Part shown: positions 13,825 through 24,709 of the stretch, piece by piece | Position numbering within the stretch: position 1 is the first letter of the stretch | Layout of the letters: the number at the start of each line of letters is the position of its first letter | Made by a program: the position numbers and the translations under genes | Assembly (NCBI RefSeq): GCF_036321535.1 | Contig: NC_087472.1 | Location: 100,876,001 to 100,940,000, forward strand | Direction of reading: 5' to 3' | DNA length: 64,000 bases | From: Camelus dromedarius | Lineage: Eukaryota | The notes under the pieces: generated by a model | What the model was told of the DNA's origin: nothing | Seen by the model: the letters and a program-made list of their open reading frames with translations, nothing else | The model's database searches: none

Positions 13825-14169
13825 CACAAGGCACTAAGGATACACCTCTGCCTGATATGTCATAGACCAAAGGAGGCTTGTATCAGACCATGGGGGGCAA
13901 AGGTGTGCCAGTAATATCAACAAGCCAGGTGGTATGGAGCTAGATTTAGTTTTTTTCTAAAATAAAGAATTGTGTTTTCTACCTGAGTGCCATGGGGCAA
14001 ATTAAAATCTATTTCACAAATCTTTGAACTCTATAAAACTGTGAGGTCTCTGAAGGTAAGGACCAAGTCTCAATCACAGTGCTCGACACATGGTATATTT
14101 GAAGAATGAACCGATGTTATTATCATATAAATGGGTGTTTAGAGAATTTTCACACACACGTGGAAACCT

Positions 14170-17100
14170 CTAGTTTGGGTAAAGATGGAGTAGCCCCATT
14201 TCGCCCAAGTGCTTCCTCTTAAAACTAAAAACTCTTGTACCTAATGCACAAACAAAGATGGGAAGAGAGGGTGGAAAGGAGGATGAGTGCCCAGAGACTT
14301 CAGGACCTGAGGCATACTATGGCAGTGAGTTCCCCGGGTTTCCTCATCATCTCCCACGTATCCCCGATAGGGTGTCACAGAAGACACTGACCTGGAACCG
14401 ACAAGAGGCAAATATAAAAAGTGCCAAGAAAAGCCTGTACCCCACCACCAAAAGACCAGGAAAAGGATGGGCTAACAGCAGAAAATATTATGGGTAACTC
14501 ACCCTACTCAGGCAAACCGAAATGGAAAAACTGCACCATCACCCCAACTGAGGTTTCAGTGAGGCTAAGCAAGTAGACACTCTTACACACACACGCACAC
14601 ATACACACACCGCCCCCCTAGGAAGCAGGGACCTCATCTTCCATCCCTGCCTGGCAGAAGCAGGCAGCGCTCCAGTACCCTCTTGCGGTATTGGCAGGTC
14701 CAGTCCTGAGCTGATCTTCTGTCTTCCCCCAGGCAGAAGCAGGTAACAGTACTCTAGCGCCCCTGCCAGGGTAGTGTCTGCAGGATGAAGCAGACACAAC
14801 AAGGCCGTGTGAATCAGTGGTCCACTCTTGCTGGGAAGGTATTAGCAGGGCCAAGTGAGGAGCTGAATATCCACCCAATCCATCTGTAAGAAGGCAGTGG
14901 GAGTAAGAGCAACACTTCTGCAAAGGTGGTATCAGGAGAGGCCAGCAGGAAACTGAACAGACACCCCCATCCAACCATCACACTATCCCACAACAGGGAG
15001 GCTGCCTGCTCAACAAAAAAGATCAAAAAGATCCAAAGTCTCGTAACAACCAAAATGACCAGGATAGAATAAAAAAATCACTCTTCATACCAAGGACCTT
15101 GAAAGTCACAATCTGAACGAGAAGACGAGACATCAACACTGAGATGAAATAGATATTGGACTTACTGGACAAGGATTTTAAAGTAACCCCAAAATGCCCA
15201 TGGCACAAATCAAAGCCTGCTCTCTCTCGAACTAAAGGACCAGAAAAGGAGCAGCATAGCAAGATGGAAAAGTTTTAGACAATAACCACTCTACTCCAGT
15301 CAAATGGAACAGTGAAAATTATGGCTCCATTCATACCAGCAGAGGCAGAATGCGAAGTAGGCAGGCCCAAGCCCCTGTCAGGGTAGTGTCAGTGGAGGCC
15401 ACGTGGGAAGCAGTAACAAGGCACTCCTGCCCCTCCCAGCCAGGGTGGTCAACAGAGGCCCAGTGGGAAGCTGAACTTTCACTCACACCAGTAACAAGCT
15501 GCCCCTCTCCAGTAGGTGTCAATGGAGGTGGACAGAGAAAACTGAACTACCATCCCTATCTGGAGCCCCCTTCCCTTGCCAGGAGTATCAAAGGAGGCCA
15601 GATAAGACAGAAAATTAAATAAGATCCAGAGTCTAATGACATAATATCCAAAATGTCCAGGTTTCAATAGAAAATTACTTGTCATGCTAAGAACCTGGAA
15701 AACCTCAAAACGAATGAGAAAAGACTATCCAGAGATGCTAACACAGAGACATCAGAATTATCTGATAAAGGTTTCAAAGCAGCCATCATACAAAAGAGGA
15801 AGTCTCAAAGGAAATTTTAATTTCATATCACTTAATGAAAATATATTATACCAAAATGTGTGGTATGCAGCTAAGGCAATAGTAAGAGAGAAATTTATAG
15901 CAATAAATGCATATATTAGAAAAGAAGTCTCAAATCAACAATTTAACTCAACACTATAAAAAGAATATAAACCCAAAGCAAGAAAGAAGGAAATAATAAA
16001 GATGAAAGGAGAAATCAATGAAATTTCAAACAGAAAAACAACTGAGAAAAATCAATGAAGCAAAAGCTATTTCTATAAAAAGATTGATAAGTTTGATAAA
16101 TCTCTAGCAAGACTGATAAAGATTTTTTAAAAGAGAGAAGACAAAAATCATCAATATCAGGAACAAAACATGGGACATACCTACAATCCTATAACCATTA
16201 AAAGGACAGTAAGAAAACACCACAAACTTCACACTCATAAATTTGACAACTCAGAAGAAATGAGCCAGTTCCTTGAAAACCACAAGCTACCAAAACTTTA
16301 CCAATATGAAATAAACAAAAGTCAGATAATTATTAAGTACACTGAATTTGTAATTTTAAAGTTTCCAATAAAAGAAATCTTCAAGCTCTGATGGGTTCAC
16401 TGGAGAATTCTACTGAACACTGAAAGATGAATTAGCATCAGTTTTACACAATCTCTTCCAGAAATTAGAAGAGAAGGGAACACATGCCCACTCGTTTTAT
16501 GAAGCTACTAATATGTTGATATTAAAACCTGACAAAGTCCAAAAAGTTAAACTGTAGACTGATATTGCTCAAGAACTCAAACACAAAAATCCTCAAAATA
16601 TTAGCAAATCAAATCCAACGATGTATAAATAGAACTATACACCATGACCAAGTTGGATTTATTCCAGATATGCAAGGCTGATTCAACATTTGAAAACCAT
16701 ATCAACAGGATAAAGAAAATCATGCAACAGAAGAATGTGACAAAATCCAACACGCATTCATGATATATATAATAATTTTTAAAAAACTCCCTAGCAAACT
16801 TAGAATAGAAGGTAATTTCCTCAACCTGATAAGTATGATCCACCCTACAGCTAACATCATATTTAATGGTGAAAGACTGAATGCTTTTCCCCAAAGATCG
16901 TGAACAAGACAAGAACGTCTGCTCTAATCACTGTTACCTAACACAGTATAGGAAGTACCAACCAGAGTAACAAGCCAAGAAAAAGAAATAAGAAACATAC
17001 AGATTGTAAACAAAGGGATAAAATAGACACAGATGACATGATTGTCTACATAGAAAATCCCAAGGAATCTGCCAAAAAACCCTGAGAACTAGTGAGTTTA

Positions 17101-18084
17101 GCAAGATTGTAAGGATACCAGATTAACACACATACACACAAATCAATCACATTTCTATATATAAACCACAAAAATGTGGAGACAGAAATCAGAAGCAAAA
17201 TACCATGTACAACTGCTGCAAGGAAATGAGATATAAACCTAACAAAATATCTATAGGATCTGTATCCTGAAAATTATAAAATGTTAATGAAAAAAATTGA
17301 AGAGAACGTAAATAAATTGAGGAAGATATTGTACTCATGTGTTAGAAGTCTCAACAAGATGCTGATTCTCTCCAAATTGATACATAAGTTTAAAGTAATT
17401 CCTATCAAAATCCCAGCAAGTGTTTATATAGATATAGACCAGCTTATTCTACAATTGAAATGGAAAGGCACATGACCTGCCATAGCTAAAGAAATTTTGA
17501 AAAAGCAGAATAAGGTGGGAGGACTCACTATAGCTGATGTTGAGGCTTGCTACAGAGCTACATATCAGTAATCAAGACAGTGTGATACTAGCAGAAAGAT
17601 AAACACATCGATCAATGGGACAGATCAGAGAACCCAGAAACAGAGCCACATAAATATGCCTAACTGATTTTTGCCTGCAAAAGGAATTCAATGGAGGAAG
17701 AAGAGACTTTTCAACAAATGGTGCTATAGTAACTGGTCATCATAGGCCAAAAAACAAAGAACCTCAACCTAAATTTCACACAACTTATACAAAAATTAAC
17801 TCAAAATGGATCATGGACTTAAAAGCAAATTGTAAATCTATAAAACTTTTAAAAGCAAACAAAGGAGAAAATCTTTAGGAAAAAGGACTGGACAAAGAGT
17901 TCTCAGACTTACCACCTAATCCAAACAAGGAAAAATCATTAAATGACCTTATCAAAAGTACAATATTCTGCTCTGTGAAAGACCCTATTAAGCAACGAAA
18001 AGACAAGCTACAGGCTGGGAGAAAATATTTTCAAACATATCTAACAAAGGATTTTAATCCAGAACATATATATATATATACACA

Positions 18085-18134
<50 letters not shown>

Positions 18135-19218
18135 TATATACACATATATATATATGTGTGTATATATGTATATGTGTATATGTATATCTGTGATCCTGCA
18201 ATATACATACATATATATAAAAAAAAACTTAAGCTCAACAGTAATAAAACAAATGTCCAACTAGAAAATGAACTAAAGACATGAACAGATATTTTGCTGC
18301 AGAGTATACAGAGATGCCAAATAAGCATATGAAAAGATGTTCAACATTATTAGCCACTGGAGAAATGCAAATTTAAGCTAAAATAAGATCATCTACATAC
18401 CTATTCAAATGGCTAAAATAAAAAAGTGATAATATCAAATGCTGGTGAGCACGTGGAGAAACAAGATCACTCATATATTGCTGACGGAATAGAAAACACT
18501 GGAAAAAAGAGTATGCCAGTTTCTTACAAAACTATACACTCGTTTACCATACAATTCAGCAATTACACTCTTGGGCATTTATCCCAGGAAAATGGAAACT
18601 GATAATCACAAAAAAAAACCTGTACATGAATGTTCATAGCTGTTTTATTTGTAACAGCCCCAAACTGCAAACCTGAGGGCCTCTCAACAGGTGAATAAAT
18701 CGTGGTACCTCCACTCTATGGACAAAAAAAAAAAAACTATTGGGGTCTCAAGGGAGTTATGCTGGGTTAAAAAAGCCAATCTCAAAAGGTCATATACTAT
18801 ATCATTCCACTTAAATAGCACTCTTGAAATGACAAAATTATAGAGATGAACATGTTAGCAGCTGCCAGGGGATAGGGAAATAGGAGGTGGGGGGGGATGT
18901 GGCTGTGGCCATAAACATAAGGGATCCTGGTGAAAAAACTGTTCTGTATCTTGACTGGTGGTCATACAAATCTACACAAGTGATAAAACTACACACACAC
19001 ACGTGCACACACACACACACATGTACACACAAGTGCACACAAAATTCATGAAATCTGAATAAAGTTCATGGATTATATCAATGTCAGTTTTCTGGTTATG
19101 ATATTCTGCTGTAACTAAGCAAGATGCTACTATTGGGAGAAATTAGTTGAAGGATATATGGAATCAATCTGTTATTTCTTACAATTGCATGTGAATCTAT
19201 AATTAAGATAAAAATTTA
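14170..19218 (+). mobile_element. Old L1 (L1MC1/2-like 3' end) with GC-rich 5' region; most of ORF1 and the endonuclease deleted; decayed ORF2
   Basis: ORF2-like remnants (e.g. WYAAKAIVREKFIAINAYIRK, FKVIPIKIPA) and an L1MC-type 3'UTR ending tgcatgtgaatctataatt. Confidence 0.85.
18066..18220. repeat. Compound (TA)n(CA)n(TG/TA)n microsatellite
   Basis: Read directly from the sequence. Confidence 0.95.
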
Positions 19219-19784
19219 AAGAGCATCAAGCAAGCAATATGTGAAAATGTGAAATAGCAAGTGAGGGTGGCAGTGTCCAATTTGACTGCAAGGTTTCAGA
19301 GGTTTTGCAGTGCCCACAGAAACACACATCCCATTAGAAAATGATTGTGATTATCCCTCAAGAAAGGGTTTGCAAGAAGGAAATCTGAAAGACTCTTCAA
19401 CTGAGCCAAGAGAATGAGTTTTCTGAATGAAACTGCCAGAGCAAGATGTTGTGGAATGGCAGGTCTAATGTTTAAGTTGTCCCCATCTTCTTCCCTCGGT
19501 GCCCTGTGGGGTGGGAGGAAGCTTCTGATAAAGAGTAGACAGGTTAAAAGAAAAACAAAGACACTTTTTTTGCACATCTGAAAGTAGAAGGTATATCTGT
19601 TATCCTGCTACATATAATTAAAAGTGCCGATACTAAAACCTTCTCTAACATAGTCACCACAATTCCATTTCCAAAAATCTGTTCTAGTGTATTTTGCTTA
19701 GATGAAGATGTACCAACGAAGACTAGGGAAGAAAGTCAGTGCAGCCAGGAACTCTCAGAGAAGGTAGTCATGCGGACTGCTCTC

Positions 19785-20911
19785 TTAAAACTTTACAGAA
19801 CAAAGAACACCTTCTAGAATACATGATGGACTAGGTATACACTGCACGCAATAAAGCTGAACATGACAGTAGTTTAACATGAAATGTTAAACAAATCAGT
19901 ATTTCTCACTGTACAAAACTGCTTATGTTGCTGTCATGCAAGAAAAAAGTATCAAGCCCAGCATTTTCACCAATCATCTCTGATGAGCTTTAAAAAAGTT
20001 AATGGAAGAAATTTATTTAGCATATATTTTAAACAAATTAGTTACATGGATAGTACTCAAACCTCTTTCAACTTCTCTTGCATTCCAAATAAAATTTTAG
20101 TATAAATATCAAAAATGCTGGCCATCCTAAGAGACAGACTGCCAAACTGTTAACACAATACAAGTTCCAAAATAATGTTTATTAAGTAGGGTTTATTAAG
20201 TTGGATAAAGCCAAGAAGACCATTACTGCAAAATTCATGTAAGAACACTTAATAGTCCAGTTCTAAGCATTTCTTTCAAGTTTCTCACATTAATGAGTGC
20301 TGCTTATAGTACTAAAATTGTCATTCAAGCAGAAAAAGGAAATCATTTGTGACATATTTCTACAAAAGAGAAAAAAATAATAAATAGAACCAGTATCCAC
20401 AATAGGATACACTGGGGGGGGGGGATTGGAAAAAGAGTGCTTCATTTTCACAGCAGAAATTATGTAATGTAAACATCATTTTGAGCCACACCAAAAAAAA
20501 AATCCACGAGAAAGGCTCAAATGTGAACACTGTGTGCATTATTTTAAAATCTATGTTCGTGAAATTATACTGCATCTGTTTATAACAATATGTGGCAAAT
20601 ATCTACCACTTTCACATACACTGAATAATTTTAGGGGAATATAGGAGAGGAAAAGGCCTTAATTAAGCATCACATCGCACAACTTTTATTTAGAACCCAA
20701 GTTCTTTGAGTCGACTATTTTAAATATCAGCATGTACCTCTGTTAATCCCTCTCTCTCCACCCTCCAATCTCCGACACCCTGGTAGTCTAATGTCTTGGT
20801 ATCTGCTAAGCCTTGCGACTGACTGTCGAGTACCACCTCCACCAAAACAAAAGTACACTGTCTACTGCACCTTCCTTTAACAACTGAACTGTAACACTTT
20901 CAATCATGTAT
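19785..20911 (-). other. Retrocopied GJA1 3'UTR, internally deleted
   Basis: Blocks GGTGGAGGTGGTACTC, AAAATAATGCAC, TTTTATTTGGAATGCAAGAGA, GATTGGTGAAAATGCTG, ATGTTAAACTAC and CCTAGTCCATCA occur in GJA1 3'UTR order (recalled). It ends at a degenerate poly(A) signal (TGTAAA, 19797-19792). Confidence 0.78.
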
Positions 20912-21751
20912 CTAGATCTCTAGGTCATTTACACTGCTGCTGGCATGACTCCCGGCTCTGCAGCTGTCTCCAGGAACCAGCTTGTCCCTGAGAGAGGACG
21001 TGGGGGAGAGAGGAACAGTTGATCAGGAGCAACTGGAGGGGCTTGACAGACCAGAAGTATTGTGGCTCACTCTCCGGATCCTTCACGTGGTCCACAGTGC
21101 TCTTGAATAAGACGTAGAATAGTTCGATGATGTTCAAGGCAGGGGACACCAAGAACATCAGTAGCACGAAGAGGATGAAGATGCTTTTCTCTGTGGGACG
21201 AGAGAGGAAGCAGACTACCTGATGCAGGCAGGAGTCTCATCTGCAAGTGTAAACAGCATTTAGGCTATATCCATAGATGTACCATTGGATCAGGAGGAAG
21301 GTTACCTCAAAGACAGACTTGAAGAAGATACTGATGGTATAGGTTCACAACAAGCCCCCTCTCATTTTCTCTGTGCCATGTTCTTCAATGCCATACTTGA
21401 TCTTCTTGATTTTGATCTACTCCAAGTGCATCTCAACTTCTCTTCCTTTCACATCACAAAGAACACTTGCGCTAGGTATAAGAGTGTGGGGACAGACGCA
21501 AAAATGATCTGCAGGACCCAGAAGCACACATGAGAGATTGGGAAGGACTTACCATAGCAGACATTTTCACAACCAGGCTGCCAAGTGTTATAACGAAAGG
21601 CAAACTGCTCATCAACCCAGGCTGACCCAACTGCTGTCCCCAGTAGCAGGATTTGAAAAATAAAAAGGACTGAGAGACACACCTTCTCTCCAGCTGTGGA
21701 GTAAGTTTGAACCCTGTTGAGGAGTTGGCCTAAGGCACTCCAGTCACTCAT
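20912..21751 (-). pseudogene. GJA6P: Connexin pseudogene CDS, GJA1-derived retrogene, probable GJA6/Cx33 orthologue
   Basis: [11 protein letters not shown]...GCENVCY...FLSRPTEK...NDLEI* aligns to Cx43 throughout. Stops at 21449, 21417, 21345, 21237 and 21023; frameshifts near 21433 and 21063. Residues S2, Q9, [14 protein letters not shown] and FYVLFK are Cx33-like. The position in a CDKL5 intron matches my recollection of the Gja6/GJA6P locus. Confidence 0.88.
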
Positions 21752-21947
21752 GTTGCCTATTCACTGTTCTTTCACTTAAAAGTGAAGTAGTCATGCCAAG
21801 TGACCACACTCCTTAGAGGATGAAGTAAAATGAAAAAGTAAGTTTAAGCACTCAAAACTCTAAAGTTTACAAGTCTTCTACTCTTTGGTACCTTCCTCAT
21901 TCTTTCCCCTAATGAAAGACAATTGCTGATAACTGATAAAAGCTTCT
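21752..21947 (-). other. Retrocopied spliced GJA1 5'UTR
   Basis: AAGCTTTT...CTTTCATTAGGGG...TTTTCATTTTACTTCATCCTC...TTTTAAG...AGGCAAC-ATG resembles GJA1 exon 1 joined directly to exon 2 with no intron (recalled sequence). Confidence 0.8.
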
Positions 21948-22194
21948 TTGGATTTATTTTTCATACACGGTGAGCAAATACTCTTAAATAAGGATGTGCA
22001 TATATCGATACTGGGACAAGTTACAGAAATGGGGGAACAAAATAGATACATCTAAAGATCTCCTTCAATTACAGAATAAAGCAATCTCCAAAGATAAAGA
22101 CTCAAACACAGAAACTGAATGAAAAATTCACATGCATATATTCACTGATGCATCTTCAGGTGTATCAGGGCTACCATCTCCAAATAGATAATGA

Positions 22195-23110
22195 TATTCA
22201 TCAAAGCATTATTTTTGAGTGCCAATTAGGTGCCAGCTACTGCATTGGGCACTGGTTCTTACTGATGGGTAAGAGATAGAATTCCTGTGGAACTCACAAT
22301 CAATGTTGGGAACAGGTAAGTTAAAGTACAGTATTTTACTGATTATTTTTATGATAATTAATTAGTTGTGAGAGAAACCACTGTTTCATTTACCATTAAG
22401 AAAGCAATCAAGGCATCCAGTGTAGGATGTGCCCCAATTTCAGAAACGTGGGAGGAAAAGTATATCTTAGAATCAATGAAAAAGGCTAAGTGAGTAAGTG
22501 AATATACAGTTGCAAATTTAAGTAAGTGCCAAGAAGGAAACAAATAGGCACCAAGAGATTAATGTAAGGAAACCCAGATCACAATGTATAGAGGCAAAGG
22601 ATGGAAAAACTGCTGCATGTGCAGTAGCAGCATGGGCAAAAATGTGAAGGGGAAAGGACTCACTGTACCCAAGGAACTCAAAGGCACGTGGCATGGCAGA
22701 GGTAGCCAGAGGGGGCTACCTCACGCATCTGCTTGGCAGCAGCAGAGAAGCCCAAAGGCAGAAAGTGAGATTACACTGTGAGTCTGGGGCAAGGTTGAGG
22801 CCATGGGAGAAATGATTAACGGCACCTAAGAGCTCTAGCAGACAGTGGGAGAGTTGGGAGAGGAGACAGGATGAGACTGAGGGATGTACAGAGCAGTACA
22901 GAGACAAGAGTTCTGTCCTAATGGACAGCCAGTGAGTTGTGGTGGTGACAGAATGTCAAGAATCGTGGGCCTGGTCCTGAGGGTCTCTGGAGAGGGAGAC
23001 AGGTGATCTATACTGGTGCTGTGGTCCTGAATGCTGTGGTGAACAAAGGGGCCTTTTGCAAGGGAAGCTGCCATTTCAGTTAGCAGGGGTAATAGCAAGA
23101 TCAGGACCAA
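22195..23110 (-). mobile_element. L2 fragment interrupted by a MER104/Tc2-like MITE (about 22328-22488)
   Basis: L2 tail at about 22200 and purine-rich body; the insert ends tcttagaatcaatgaaaaaggcta, like a Tc2 TIR. Confidence 0.55.
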
Positions 23111-24709
23111 AAAAGAAGAGTTGCTGCTCGTTCTCTCCTTATCTGGAATTTCAAGTCAAGTCTCTGCCAACAGGGGCCTCAATTTAAATATTTATTTACT
23201 GAACATGGGCCATTATCTTCAGTTGAATTGTTAGCACAGGGAAGCTTTTATGTTAAGACTAAAATACTGATACACTGTGTTTATTCTTGTGGGTTTCTTC
23301 AATGATATTGTTATAATATATCAAGAGCTTTTAAAAAAAAAACATTTCAGGAGGCACAACACTGACACCACCCACCAATCTGTTGAGAGTGGGTAGAACC
23401 TAGCAAGGGGCACAACATATACCTGTGCCACTACTGAAGACCTTCTATTCTTTCTCCATTTCATCCTGATGGTCCTATTCCTTTGTAAGAAATGTCTCTG
23501 AGCAAAAAGCCTAGGGAAAAGTTTCTGCCTCTAATTCAGAGCAAGCTAGACAAATAGATCTTACCTTAAAATGGACCACAGCTAACTAATTATTACATGG
23601 CAAAAATAATTATTTTCAATCAAATTATTTCAATGAGTACTGACTCATCATTTTTTTAAACAAACTTTATTTAGTATATTAAGATAACATTCAAAATATT
23701 TAATATTTTAATTCATCCTCTTTAAAAAATTTAATTCCCAAAGATAGATACTTATTTTAAACAATTGGGAAAACTAAAACAGAAAAATATTTCTTAAAAT
23801 AAACATAATATAAATTTTCCCAATTAATAAGCAATCTTTAATACCATGCAGCTTATTTGTTTTTTGGCTTAATGGCTGTTTCTCACAGTAGATTCAGTGA
23901 GGAAAATAAAACTTAAAGTGAAACCTATAAAGGGGGGGCAAGGTTAACATAATTTACAGTGTCTCAATTGTCAGAGGTTGGTTACAAATGTTCTCCAAGG
24001 ATAAGAAATGAAGCCTCCCAAAATGCAATTTTTAACAAGTAATCAAATTATAAGGCTTAAAAGTACACATAGTGCTTTCTCAGTTGCTTAAATAACACAT
24101 TTTAGCCAAACTGTCCTCTATCACACAGATTCTGAAAGTAATTCTATTAAGCTAAAGTCACCAAGATGTATAGTTTATAATTAATGCAGCCTTCAAGGTT
24201 AACTGAAAATAGACCACTGGCAGCATAAAAGTTGGGAATTTATTCTCATTAGTTTTTCAAACTTAACCAATGCTTACTCTCCAGAGATTTCAAAATGCCT
24301 TAGAAAATTGAGCTACTTCTTCAAAAATAAGAGGGGTAAAATAACAACAGATGAAGGTTAAAAAAAAAAAATCCCTGAAACTACTTTAGCATGGTCTATA
24401 GACGGTATCTGATGAAACAAAGAACAGTGCTGTGGACAGGAAAAGAAAATCAGTAATTCTAGTTAATTTAGGATAAAGTTATTAGCAATTTTCTAGAACT
24501 ATATGAAGTTAAATTTTTCAAATATTTTGTTCTGAGAAAGTTCTTACTAAGCACTTTGAAAATATACAGATCTGAGATTCAAAGGGATGAAAATAACTGA
24601 GAATGAGTCATCTAGCTAAGCAAACAGCTAATAGGAAAGTTAAAAGCCTCTTGTTGAACATTATTTTTAAACTGGACAAGGTATTTCCAATTTGAAGGTA
24701 TAAATGTAA

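Noticed and set aside
17975..18328. ORFs rich in HT/CV/YI repeats
   Set aside because: Translations of a dinucleotide microsatellite.
20925..21167. 80-aa ORF as a GJA1-20k-like internal product
   Set aside because: The M213-equivalent codon is GTG and the ORF leaves the connexin frame near 21063, so it does not encode the Cx43 tail.
21449..21751. 100-aa connexin ORF as a functional gene
   Set aside because: It stops after TM2 and carries substitutions at conserved residues (W25C, R33Q, C54Y, R76C).
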